Origin: a bacterium
GTDB lineage: Bacteria > UBA8248
Length of the DNA stretch: 64,000 bases
NCBI GenBank assembly: GCA_965213685.1
Contig: CBDBZY010000029.1
Coordinates: 66,550 to 130,549, forward strand
Reading direction: 5' to 3'
This document shows positions 12,227-21,371 of the stretch, piece by piece (positions within the stretch are counted from its first letter, which is position 1; each line of letters starts with the position of its first letter). Made by a program: the position numbers and the translations under genes. A model generated the notes under the pieces. The model did no database searches and had not been told where the DNA came from. It saw nothing but the letters and a program-made list of their open reading frames with translations.

Positions 12227-12835
12227 ATGACCGAGGCGAAAGAAAGAAAACCGGCTCCTCTCCCCCCGGGCTGGCGGAAGGCGACCTCGCGCCTCATCGC
12301 GAGCGGAACCGGCGAGAAGCTGACGCTCTCCAACACCCTCACCTTCGCCCGCATTCTGATGGTTCCGCTGCTCGTCCTGTTCCTGCTGCAAGGATCGCCC
12401 CCCGCGCAATACTTTGCCGCCGGCCTGTTTGTGATGGCCGCCTTCACGGACTGGCTCGACGGCCATCTCGCCAGAACGCGCGGCCAGATTACGCCGCTGG
12501 GAGAGATTCTCGACCCTGTGGCCGACAAGCTGCTCATACTCGCCGCCCTGATCCCCCTGGTATCGCTCGGGAAGGTGGACGCCTGGGTCGTGGGGATACT
12601 CCTCGGCCGGGAGCTCGTGGTGACCGCCTTTCGCGCCGTGGCCATGCGACAGGGACTGGTGGTGCCGGCGGGTGCGCTCGGCAAAATCAAGATGGGGCTC
12701 GAGGTCGCCGCAATCTTCTTCCTGATCCTGGGCCTCCTCCCCCCCCTGGGCACCGTTTTGATATGGGCCGCCATGGCGGCGGCGGTCATCTCCGCGATTG
12801 ATTATTTTCGGCAGATCATTCGGAGCCTCCCTTGA
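12227..12835 (+). CDS. pgsA: CDP-diacylglycerol--glycerol-3-phosphate 3-phosphatidyltransferase
   Basis: NTLTFARI, TDWLDGHLAR, GEILDPVADK, RELVV, GKIK. Confidence 0.9.
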   Translation: MTEAKERKPAPLPPGWRKATSRLIASGTGEKLTLSNTLTFARILMVPLLVLFLLQGSPPAQYFAAGLFVMAAFTDWLDGHLARTRGQITPLGEILDPVADKLLILAALIPLVSLGKVDAWVVGILLGRELVVTAFRAVAMRQGLVVPAGALGKIKMGLEVAAIFFLILGLLPPLGTVLIWAAMAAAVISAIDYFRQIIRSLP

Positions 12836-13440
12836 TTCCCGCCCTCGTTCTCCTCCTCCTTGCCGCCGGATGCCTCGGCGCCATCCCGTTCGGGGTGGTG
12901 GTCACCCGGCTGCTCGGCGCCACGGACCCGCGAACGTCGGGAAGCGGAAACATCGGCGCGACGAACGTCCTGAGAACGAGCGGATGGAAGGGCGGCGTCC
13001 TCACCCTGGCGCTCGACGTGCTCAAGGGCGCGGCGGCCGTCCTTCTCGCCCGCTACGTCGCCGCGCGGATCGCCGCGCCGTCCCTGGAGCCTCTCGCCGC
13101 CCTCGCGGCGGTGATCGGCCACATGTATTCGCCGTTCACGGGATTCCGCGGGGGCAAGGGCGTGGCCACCGGCCTGGGCGCGTTCGCACTGCTGGCGCCG
13201 GGGCCGACGACCGTCGCGGCGCTCGTCTTCATCGGCGCGGTGGCCTCGACGCGTTACGTGTCCGTCGGCTCCATCCTCGCCGCGGCGACGGTGCCGACTG
13301 CGGGCTTCGCCATGGGCTATCCCGCGATGGCGTGCGCCTCCGCCGGCGTCGTCTGTTTGTTGGTGATCTGGAAGCATCGGGACAACATCGAAAGACTGGC
13401 GCGCGGGGAGGAGCATCGCGTCGGCCAGAAGAAAGGATGA
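12832..13440 (+). CDS. plsY: Glycerol-3-phosphate acyltransferase PlsY
   Basis: GSGNIGATN, DVLKG, GHMYS, FRGGKGVAT, KHRDNIERL. Confidence 0.93.
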   Translation: MIPALVLLLLAAGCLGAIPFGVVVTRLLGATDPRTSGSGNIGATNVLRTSGWKGGVLTLALDVLKGAAAVLLARYVAARIAAPSLEPLAALAAVIGHMYSPFTGFRGGKGVATGLGAFALLAPGPTTVAALVFIGAVASTRYVSVGSILAAATVPTAGFAMGYPAMACASAGVVCLLVIWKHRDNIERLARGEEHRVGQKKG

Positions 13441-13493
13441 AACCCTTTCCGGCAGCGGGGGGCGTCCGGCGCCCCTAACCCATTGGAGAGACC

Positions 13494-13859
13494 ATGCTCA
13501 CGGGCTGTTCCCCGGTTTTTCTTCTCGTCATTCTGGGCGTGGGAATCGGGAGCTGGATTTTTGGAAACCACACCGCCGCCCGCATCACCGGTCTCGGGGC
13601 GATCACCGCGTTTCTCGCCTACTTTGCCCTGTTGAACTGGACGGCGCAGAACCGCCAGAAACAGGCGGCGGACTCCCCCCGGGAGAAGGATTTGTATCAG
13701 GAGATCACCGGCCCGCACGACGAGGGGACGCGCAGAGAAATTTTTACCGAACAGGACAAGGCGGAATGGCGCAGCTATCTCAAGACGGAGGGGAAAATCC
13801 TCTGGTTCGGCGTGGGAGGGCTGCTACTGGCGTTGCTCTATCTCATCCTGAAGGGCTAG
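13494..13859 (+). CDS. Hypothetical membrane protein (about 3 TM)
   Basis: GGAGA RBS; two N-terminal hydrophobic segments, a charged loop and a C-terminal TM. Confidence 0.6.
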   Translation: MLTGCSPVFLLVILGVGIGSWIFGNHTAARITGLGAITAFLAYFALLNWTAQNRQKQAADSPREKDLYQEITGPHDEGTRREIFTEQDKAEWRSYLKTEGKILWFGVGGLLLALLYLILKG

Positions 13860-13876
13860 AGGTTGGCCGGAACCGC

Positions 13877-14983
13877 CTACGCAAAAAACCGGGCCACGGC
13901 GTCCGCCACCATCTCCAGGTCGGCGTCCGGCAGTTCGGGATAGACGGGCAGCGACAACACCTGCGCCGCCGCCGCCTCGCTCTCGGGCAAGTCCCCCTTT
14001 TTGTATCCCCCGAAGCAGGGCTGAAAATGCAGGGGCGAGGGATAGTACACCCCGCACCCGACGCCGTTCGCGGCCAGATGCGCCTGAAGCGCGCCCCGCT
14101 CAGGCGTCCGCACCACATACTGGTGAAACACGTGGTCCTCCCCGGGAATCGAGGGCGGGGCGAACCGCTCCCCGATGATTCCGCTGGCCTCGAACATGGA
14201 CTGATACTTCCGGGCGTTCTCCCGTCTTTTTTCGTTCCATCTCCCCAGGCGTTCGAGCTTGACGGACAAAGCGGCCGCCTGCATCGTGTCCATCCTGAAA
14301 TTCCCCCCCACCTCGGAATACTCGGAATTATCGGGCGAGCCGTGAATCCGCAGCCTGCGAATGCGCTCGGCCCGCGCTCCGTCTCGCACCAGCACCATCC
14401 CGGCGTCGCCGAGTGCGCCGAGATTTTTGGTGGGATAGAACGAGAGACAGCCAGCATCCCCGATGGCGCCGGCCACGCCCAGGCGCAGCCGGGCGCCGAC
14501 CGCCTGGGCGGCGTCCTCCACCACGAAAAGACGGAAGCGCCGCGCGATCTCGAGAATCTCCGCCATCGGCGCGCAGCGGCCATACATGTGAACGGGGATG
14601 ACGCCCCTCGTCCGCCGCGTGATGGCGGCCTCCACCCGCTCCGGGGCCAGGTTGAACGTGGCGGGGTCAATGTCCACGAACACCGGCCTCGCCCCCAGGC
14701 GCTGGACGACGCCCGCCGTGGAGAAAAACGTGAACGCCGACGTGATGATCTCGTCTCCCGGGCGGACGTCGTTCGCCATCAGCGCCAGCAGCAGGGCGTC
14801 CGTGCCCGAGGAGACGCCGATCGCGTGGACCGCGCCGCAGTAGGCCGCCATCTCGGACTCGAAAGCGCCGATCTCCGCTCCCATGACGAACCTTTGGTGG
14901 TCCATCACCTCTTCGATGGCCGCCAGCGTCCGCGCCTTCAGCGGCCTGTTTTGCGCTTCCAGATCATACAGGGGTATGCGCAT
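13877..14983 (-). CDS. DegT/DnrJ/EryC1/StrS family PLP aminotransferase
   Basis: SSGTDAL, PVHMYG, EDAAQA, SFYPTKNLGALGDAG, SLPVYP. Confidence 0.93.
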   Translation of the reverse strand: MRIPLYDLEAQNRPLKARTLAAIEEVMDHQRFVMGAEIGAFESEMAAYCGAVHAIGVSSGTDALLLALMANDVRPGDEIITSAFTFFSTAGVVQRLGARPVFVDIDPATFNLAPERVEAAITRRTRGVIPVHMYGRCAPMAEILEIARRFRLFVVEDAAQAVGARLRLGVAGAIGDAGCLSFYPTKNLGALGDAGMVLVRDGARAERIRRLRIHGSPDNSEYSEVGGNFRMDTMQAAALSVKLERLGRWNEKRRENARKYQSMFEASGIIGERFAPPSIPGEDHVFHQYVVRTPERGALQAHLAANGVGCGVYYPSPLHFQPCFGGYKKGDLPESEAAAAQVLSLPVYPELPDADLEMVADAVARFFA

Positions 14984-15044
14984 GGGGCGTGTTCGGCCTT
15001 ATCGAGGCGGCTCATTTTCCGTTGCGGGGCAAGGCGCATTCAAC

Positions 15045-15131
15045 TGGTGCCGGAGGCCGGACTCGAACCGGCAAGGGGTCGCCCCCGGTGGATTTTGAGT
15101 CCACTGCGTCTACCAATTCCGCCACTCCGGC
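15045..15131 (-). tRNA. tRNA-Leu (CAA)
   Basis: GCCGGAGTGGCGGAATTGGTAGACGC, anticodon arm GTGGA-CTCAAAA-TCCAC, long variable arm, GGTTCGAGTCC, encoded CCA. Confidence 0.97.
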
Positions 15132-15210
15132 AGAAAGAGCGCCCAACTTAGCCTGTCCCCGCGCTCTCTGGCAAGATGCGTCCCGCATTTTCGGCCCGGG
15201 GGCGCGAGGC

Positions 15211-15447
15211 TCAGCCGTCATACTCCGCCCAGCCCGACGCCGAAACCTCCTGCGCGTCCACCCGCCAGGCGACGGAATCCTCGCACCCGGGACATAAGAC
15301 GATAAAACGCCCCTCGCGCTCCTCTTCCATCTCATCCTCGAACACCCGGAGGCAGTTGCGGCAGTGCACCCGGCCGCAAGCGGTGCACGCATTCGGACGC
15401 GGATGCCGAAAGCGCAAGCCGCACGCGGGACACTCATGGGTTTCCAC
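15211..15447 (-). CDS. Small 8-Cys zinc-finger protein (78 aa), FYVE-like spacing
   Basis: GGAGGGG RBS then GTG; CPAC, CTAC, CRNC, CPGC. Confidence 0.7.
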   Translation of the reverse strand: METHECPACGLRFRHPRPNACTACGRVHCRNCLRVFEDEMEEEREGRFIVLCPGCEDSVAWRVDAQEVSASGWAEYDG

Positions 15448-15688
15448 GTTTTCCCCTCCATCTTCGCCGCCGCCCGTCGTGCGGCTTCCTCGGGAGTTTT
15501 CGGGTCGGTCCGGGAGGCCGCCGAACCAGGAGGGCGTATGACAGGCGCGAGGCGCCTCCAAAATCCCTCCAAAGGGCGCGCGCCATCATGGGGAGGCACC
15601 ATGGCGGGGCGCTCCCGAATTTGCTAGGTTACGATGAAATTCAAACCCATCCAACTTCTCTCCCCCGCTCCGGGAGGAGGCACTTGCC

Positions 15689-16462
15689 ATGATCATCGAC
15701 ACGGACCGCCTGGATGACTACGACCTCGTCGACCTGAGCCACCCCTGGGGCCATGGCGCTCCGCTGTGGCCCTATTTTCCCGATCTGAAGATCGAACGAT
15801 TCCACTACCACGCCAAAAGCCAGGTGCTGAGCCAGCAAATCACCACCTTCATGCACTGCACCACCCATACGGACGCTCCGGCCCACGTCATCGAGGGAAT
15901 GCCGTTCATGGATCAGGTGCCGCTTCGGAGCTATTTCGGCAACGCCGTTTGCGTCGATATCCCCAAGGGGGAGTGGGAGGTCATCACGCCTGAGGATCTG
16001 GAAAACGCGGAGCCGGAGATTCGGCCGGGCGACATCGTCATCGTGCACACCGGATGGCACCGCCACTATGGCGACAACACCAAATACTTCATCTATTCCC
16101 CCGGCCTCTACAAGGAGGCCGGCGAGTGGTTCGTGGAACGCGGCGTGAAGGGCGTGGGCGTGGATCAACAGGCGCTCGACCACCCGCTGGGAACGAAAAT
16201 CGCCTGGGGGCCTCAGCCCATATGCCCGTTCACCCTCGATGAATACCGAGAGCGCTTCGGCCGCTCCACCAGCGAGGATTTTCCCGACTGGGAGCCCTGC
16301 CACCGCGCGCTCCTGGGGAATGGAATCGTCGGCTTCGAGAACGTCGGGGGAGACGTCGCCAGGGTCGTGGGCAAACGATTCGCCCTCGCCGCCTTCCCGT
16401 GGCGCTGGACGGGCGGCGATGGCTGCATCGTGAGAATGGTGGCGTTTCTCCCCAGAGGCTAG
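15689..16462 (+). CDS. Cyclase-family (kynurenine formamidase-like) metal hydrolase
   Basis: VDLSH, HCTTHTDAPAH, IVHTGW, GVD, HRALL..FEN, GGDGC. Confidence 0.85.
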   Translation: MIIDTDRLDDYDLVDLSHPWGHGAPLWPYFPDLKIERFHYHAKSQVLSQQITTFMHCTTHTDAPAHVIEGMPFMDQVPLRSYFGNAVCVDIPKGEWEVITPEDLENAEPEIRPGDIVIVHTGWHRHYGDNTKYFIYSPGLYKEAGEWFVERGVKGVGVDQQALDHPLGTKIAWGPQPICPFTLDEYRERFGRSTSEDFPDWEPCHRALLGNGIVGFENVGGDVARVVGKRFALAAFPWRWTGGDGCIVRMVAFLPRG

Positions 16463-16788
16463 CTGGCGGCTACCGGCTTTTTGGCCTCCTTCTGGGCGGT
16501 TTTCGCCGCCTCGCCGCTGGCCGCCGCCTCTTTCTTGTCGGCGACTTTCTCCGCTGGCTTGGAATCAGAGGCCGCGCTCCCGGCGTCCTCCTTCTTCTCC
16601 TTGCCGTTCGAGGCGTAGTCCGTCACATACCAGCCCGTTCCCTTCAGATGGAAGGCGGAGCGGGAGATTTTCCGCCGGAGGCCGAGCGCGCCGCAACCCG
16701 GACACTCCCGGAGCGCGTCGTCCCCCATCCTCTGGATAACCTCGTGCTCCTCCCCGCATGTGCTGCATTCATATTCGTAGATCGGCAC
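16459..16788 (-). CDS. FmdB-family zinc ribbon protein with Lys/Ala-rich tail
   Basis: PIYEYECSTCG, CPGCG, FHLKGTGWYVTDY. Confidence 0.9.
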   Translation of the reverse strand: MPIYEYECSTCGEEHEVIQRMGDDALRECPGCGALGLRRKISRSAFHLKGTGWYVTDYASNGKEKKEDAGSAASDSKPAEKVADKKEAAASGEAAKTAQKEAKKPVAAS

Positions 16789-16805
16789 TTCACACCTCTC
16801 CTGTC

Positions 16806-17738
16806 TCAAACAAGGGTCAGCCAATGGAGCTTGCTCTCGTCGCGTCCGTTCACAATCCCGAAAAACGCGGACTGGATTCTCTTCGTCACCGGGCCCGGCT
16901 TCCCCTCGCCGATGCGCCTGGCGTCCACCTCCCGAATGGGGGTCACCTCCGCCGCCGTGCCGGTGAAGAAGGCCTCGTCCGCCACATAGACCTCATCCCG
17001 GGCGAAGGGGGCGACCTGCACCTCCACCCCCTGCTCATGGGCGAGCTGCATGACGGTGTCGCGCGTAATGCCCCCCAGCACCCCATGCAGCGGCGGCGTC
17101 TTGAGCACGCCATCGCGAACGATGAAGATGTTCTCGCCCGACCCCTGGGTGACGAGACCCTCCGGGTCCAGCATCAGCGCCTCGTCGTAGCCCGAACCCA
17201 CGGCCTCGAGCTTCGCCATCTGGCTGACGGCGTAGTTGCCCGTGGTCTTGGCCTTCGTCATGTAGCTGTTCGGGTGATGGGACGTGAAGGAGGAGACCTT
17301 GACGCGAATCCCCTTCGCCAGTCCGTCCTCGCCCAGATACGCCCCCCAGCTCCAGACGGCGACCATCACATGGGTGGGCGCACCCTTGGGGTTCACCCCC
17401 ATGGAGCCGTAGCCCAGCCAGATGAGCGGGCGAACGTAGCACGCCTCCATCTTGTTGACCCGTATCGTCTCGAGCAAGGCGGCCGTGAAGTCATCCCGCG
17501 TCACGGGCACGTCCAGCCCCACGATCCGGGCGGAATCATAGAGCCTTCTCATGTGCTCCTCGAGGCGAAAAATGGCCGCGCCCCGATCTGTCCGATAGCA
17601 CCGGATGCCCTCGAATACCCCCAATCCGTAGTGCAGCGAATGCGTGAGGACGTGAATCTTCGCTTCATCCCAGGCGACGAAGTTTCCGTCCATCCATATG
17701 TGATCTGTCGCGCCTTCCAAAAAAGCATCCTCCTGCAT
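16806..17738 (-). CDS. ilvE: Branched-chain amino acid aminotransferase
   Basis: HSLHYGLGVFEG, YVRP, KAKTTGNY, GSGEN, LGGITR, FFTGTAAEVTP. Confidence 0.95.
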   Translation of the reverse strand: MQEDAFLEGATDHIWMDGNFVAWDEAKIHVLTHSLHYGLGVFEGIRCYRTDRGAAIFRLEEHMRRLYDSARIVGLDVPVTRDDFTAALLETIRVNKMEACYVRPLIWLGYGSMGVNPKGAPTHVMVAVWSWGAYLGEDGLAKGIRVKVSSFTSHHPNSYMTKAKTTGNYAVSQMAKLEAVGSGYDEALMLDPEGLVTQGSGENIFIVRDGVLKTPPLHGVLGGITRDTVMQLAHEQGVEVQVAPFARDEVYVADEAFFTGTAAEVTPIREVDARRIGEGKPGPVTKRIQSAFFGIVNGRDESKLHWLTLV

Positions 17739-17846
17739 TGCGGGGGGTGTCGGTATCCGGGGTTCCGGAGAACCGCTCCAGTATAGTGATTTCCGGCGGA
17801 CGGACGCAAGCCTCTCCGGGCAAACGCATCCTGCGAAACCGATCCG

Positions 17847-18806
17847 TCAGGTGGCGTACGCTTCCGGGTTGAGCAGGGTGGCGGGATTCACCCGCTCCCC
17901 CCGCAGGGCGGCCAGGGCGTTCTCGGCGGCCGACCGGTTCACCCGCTCGCGCGCCTGGCGGCTCGCTCCGGCCAGGTGCGGCGTCACCACGGCGTTCGGC
18001 AGCCCGAAAAGGGGATTGTCCGCATCCGGGGGCTCCTCCTCGAACACGTCCAGGCCCGCCGAGGATATCTCCCCTTCCCGGAGGGCGTGAAACAGCGCCT
18101 CCTCGTCGACGATCGCCCCGCGCGCGCAATTCACGAGGACGGCTGATTTCTTCATCATCCGGAACCGGCGGGCGTCGAACATATGGCGGGTGTCGGGCGT
18201 CAGGCTGCAATGGATCGAGATGAAATCCGAATCGCGCGTCAGAGCGTCCAAATCCGCCGGCTCGGCGCCCCCTGCGCGTATCGCCTCATCCTCCACGAAT
18301 GCGTCGAACGCCAGGACGCGGCCCCCGAAGCCGGACAAAAGCCTGGCCAGTTCCCGACCGATGTTCCCGAAGCCGACGATCCCGAACGTGGCCCCGCTCA
18401 TCTCGCCCGCGATCCAGATGCCGTCGCGCCAGCCCCCTCCTCGCAGCCTCGCCATTCCCTGGGGGATGCGGCGGCTCGCGGCCAGCATCAGTCCCAGGGA
18501 AGCCTCCGCCACGGCGATGGCGTTGGCGCCCGGGCAGTTCGTCACCGGAATTCTCCGCCTCGTCGCCGCGGGAATATCAATGTTCTCCACGCCCACGCCG
18601 AGCTTGGCGACGAGCTTCAGGCGCGTCGCGGCCTCGAGCACCCGCCCGGTGACGCGCTCTCTCGAGGTCACCAGAAGAGCGTCCCATTCATGGGCGTCGC
18701 GCACCAGCTCCTCTTCCGACCATTTTCGGTGCCCGCCGACGCGGAACTCGCCGTGCGGCTCCAGCATGCGCCGCAAAGATTCGATGGGCGCGCGCGCCTC
18801 CGGCAC
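17847..18806 (-). CDS. D-isomer-specific 2-hydroxyacid dehydrogenase (SerA-like, no ACT domain)
   Basis: GVGVENID, GFGNIG, VNCARG, LDVFEEEP, TPHLAG. Confidence 0.9.
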   Translation of the reverse strand: MPEARAPIESLRRMLEPHGEFRVGGHRKWSEEELVRDAHEWDALLVTSRERVTGRVLEAATRLKLVAKLGVGVENIDIPAATRRRIPVTNCPGANAIAVAEASLGLMLAASRRIPQGMARLRGGGWRDGIWIAGEMSGATFGIVGFGNIGRELARLLSGFGGRVLAFDAFVEDEAIRAGGAEPADLDALTRDSDFISIHCSLTPDTRHMFDARRFRMMKKSAVLVNCARGAIVDEEALFHALREGEISSAGLDVFEEEPPDADNPLFGLPNAVVTPHLAGASRQARERVNRSAAENALAALRGERVNPATLLNPEAYAT

Positions 18807-18871
18807 AAAAAAAAACCGCGCCTTCGCTCAAAAACGCCCCCCTCCCCTTGCGGAAACCGCGCGTCCGGCGG

Positions 18872-19669
18872 CTAGGTGCCGACGACCAGCGTGGACGTGC
18901 GCTCCTTGAGAAAGGACAACGCGGAAAGATAGGTCAGCACGCCCGTCCGATGGTTCTCCGAGGGCACGTTCTCGATCCGGACGAAGGAGCGCCCGAACTC
19001 CCCCACCGCCTCCACCTCGTGAATGTTCCTGTCCACCGCGGGGTCGCAAAAAATCCGCACCCTCGTCCTGCGCGGCCCGATGCCGGCGAAGCTCACGGCG
19101 GCCGACACGTTCACGTTCGCCGGAAACGCCTTGCACGCCTCCAGCGGGTTTCCCTCGAAAATCAGCGTCGGCTCATCCATGGCGTCGAGGTCGATGCGCC
19201 GCTCTTCGATGTAGGGGGCGCCCCTGAGGCTCGCGGGCGGCTTTCGGGTCGTCATGGTGACGGACTCCACCTCGCCGACCGATGCGCCCTTCAGCCCGTC
19301 CAGGCCGATGATGGCGCCCGAGGGGATGAATATGCGCGCCCCGCCCCGCCGCGCCTCCTCCATCAAATCATCCCGCTCGAGGAGGGCGCCCACCGAGTTG
19401 AGAATCACGTCCTTCCCCCGCGCAAAGCACGCGCGGCAAATCGCCTCCACCGTGCCCCCGCCCGAGGCCTCCATGACGAGTTCCGCCCCCTCCGCCACGC
19501 CCGCCAGGTCCGTCATTCGCGGCGGATTGCGCAGGCTCGCCAGAAAACTCTCCACCGCCTCCGGCGTGCGGGTCGCGGCAACCGGCACGTCGACCGGGAC
19601 TCTCCCCTCATCCGCCGCCCGCACCACGGCCCTGCCGATGACGCCCAGCCCCACCACGCCCAGTTTCAT
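18872..19669 (-). CDS. nadX: L-aspartate dehydrogenase family protein
   Basis: GLGVIG, SVGAL, PSGAIIGLD, TTRKPP, FPANVNVSA, NIHEV, ENVPS. Confidence 0.85.
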   Translation of the reverse strand: MKLGVVGLGVIGRAVVRAADEGRVPVDVPVAATRTPEAVESFLASLRNPPRMTDLAGVAEGAELVMEASGGGTVEAICRACFARGKDVILNSVGALLERDDLMEEARRGGARIFIPSGAIIGLDGLKGASVGEVESVTMTTRKPPASLRGAPYIEERRIDLDAMDEPTLIFEGNPLEACKAFPANVNVSAAVSFAGIGPRRTRVRIFCDPAVDRNIHEVEAVGEFGRSFVRIENVPSENHRTGVLTYLSALSFLKERTSTLVVGT

Positions 19670-19735
19670 GCCACGCTCCCGCCACATGCGCGAGGCGGGC
19701 CCGCCAGAGGCCGGTGCCGCGGCCTTCGGCCCGGC

Positions 19736-20821
19736 TCATACGCTGTGCGCACCGATGCGACCCCCCAGACCCAGACGCCAGTGATCCGCCAGCACGAGGG
19801 CCATCATCGCCTCGCCGATGGGCACCGCCCTCGTCGCCACGCACGGGTCGTGGCGTCCCTCCACCCGCACGGTCGTCTCCTCTCCCGACGCCGTCACCGT
19901 GTCCTGCTCCAGCAAGATGGAGGACGTCGGCTTCACGGCGAAGCGCACCACAATCGGCGCGCCCGTGGATACGCCCCCCAGAACGCCGCCCGCGTTGTTC
20001 GTCCTCGGTCTGGGCCTGCCCTGCCTCATCTCGAAGGGATCGTTGTTCTCCGACCCTCTCATACCGGCGGACCGGAAGCCCGTGCCGATCTCCACCCCCT
20101 TGACCGCGTTGATGCCCATCATCGCCGCCGCGAGGTCGGCATCGAGGCGCCCGTAGAGCGGCTCCCCCCAGCCGGCGGGAACGCCATCCGCCCGGATGGT
20201 GATGGCCCCGCCCACCGAATCGCCCGCCTTGCGGGCCGCGAGGATGGCCGCCTCCATCCGCGCCGCCGTTTCTCCGTCGGGGCAGCGAACGACGTTGCGC
20301 TCCACCTCGTCCGCGTCGAAGCGGCCGCCATCCCATACGACCTCCCCCACCTGGTGGACGTAGCCCAGAATCGAGACGCCCAGGTGGGCGAGGAGCTTCT
20401 TGGCTATCGCCCCGGCCGCCACGCGCGCGGCCGTCTCCCGCGCACTGGAGCGCCCCCCGCCCCGATGGTCGCGAATCCCCCATTTTTCGGTGTAGGTAAA
20501 ATCCGCATGCCCCGGCCGAAAGAGGTTGCGCAGGGGCTCGTACTTGCTGGAGTCCGCATCCTTGTTGCGAATGAGCACCGATATGGGATGCCCCGTCGTC
20601 TCGCCCTCGAAAACGCCGGACAAAATCTCCGCCCGGTCCTCCTCTTTGCGCTGGGTCGTCACCCGGCTCTGCCCCGGCCGCCTGCGATCCAGATCGCGCT
20701 GCAGGTCGGACGCATCGAGCTGCAGGCCCGCCGGACAGCCGTCCACCACGACGCCCAGCGCGGGACCGTGGGACTCCCCCCAGGTGGTGAAGCGAAACAG
20801 ACGACCAAACGTGTTCGACAC
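19736..20821 (-). CDS. aroC: Chorismate synthase
   Basis: [48 protein letters not shown]; GTG start. Confidence 0.97.
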   Translation of the reverse strand: MSNTFGRLFRFTTWGESHGPALGVVVDGCPAGLQLDASDLQRDLDRRRPGQSRVTTQRKEEDRAEILSGVFEGETTGHPISVLIRNKDADSSKYEPLRNLFRPGHADFTYTEKWGIRDHRGGGRSSARETAARVAAGAIAKKLLAHLGVSILGYVHQVGEVVWDGGRFDADEVERNVVRCPDGETAARMEAAILAARKAGDSVGGAITIRADGVPAGWGEPLYGRLDADLAAAMMGINAVKGVEIGTGFRSAGMRGSENNDPFEMRQGRPRPRTNNAGGVLGGVSTGAPIVVRFAVKPTSSILLEQDTVTASGEETTVRVEGRHDPCVATRAVPIGEAMMALVLADHWRLGLGGRIGAHSV

Positions 20822-20831
20822 GGCTCCCCCT

Positions 20832-21371
20832 CTAGGCTCCCGGGTTCGGCATCGCGGCGCGTATCCGGGAGAGGGCCGCCCCGGCCACCTCCTCCGGTGC
20901 GCGCGTGTTCTCCACCACCACATCCGCAAGTTCTTCATATCGCGGCGCGCGCTTTTTGAAAAGCGAACGCAACGCCCGCTCAGGCTCCGCCTCGTTTTCG
21001 AGGTAGGCGGGCCAGCCGGCGGCGCGCACCCTTGCGACGATATCATCCTCCGGCACCCGGAGATACACCACGCAGTGGGGGAAGAGCAGGGAATCGGCAC
21101 CCGGCGACATCGGCGTTCCGCCGCCGAGGGCCAGCACGAGCTCCTCCCCCCCGAGCCGCTCGCGCAGCAGGGCGTGCTCCATCGCCCGGAAGGAGGTTTC
21201 GCCCTTTTTTCTGAAAATCTCCCGAAAATCCAGCGCCTCGCCCGTTTCCTCGAACCATCTGCGCTCCATCACATGGTCGAGGTCCTGAAAGGGGCGCCCC
21301 ATTTTCTGGGCGAGCAAGGGCCCGATGGTGGATTTCCCGCATCCCTTGAAACCGATGAGTACGACGCTCAA
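20832..21371 (-). CDS. aroK: Shikimate kinase
   Basis: [27 protein letters not shown]. Confidence 0.85.
   Translation of the reverse strand: MSVVLIGFKGCGKSTIGPLLAQKMGRPFQDLDHVMERRWFEETGEALDFREIFRKKGETSFRAMEHALLRERLGGEELVLALGGGTPMSPGADSLLFPHCVVYLRVPEDDIVARVRAAGWPAYLENEAEPERALRSLFKKRAPRYEELADVVVENTRAPEEVAGAALSRIRAAMPNPGA

Noticed and set aside
14984-15131. Integrated element at tRNA-Leu
   Set aside because: No integrase, no duplicated tRNA 3' end seen, and an ordinary gene follows directly
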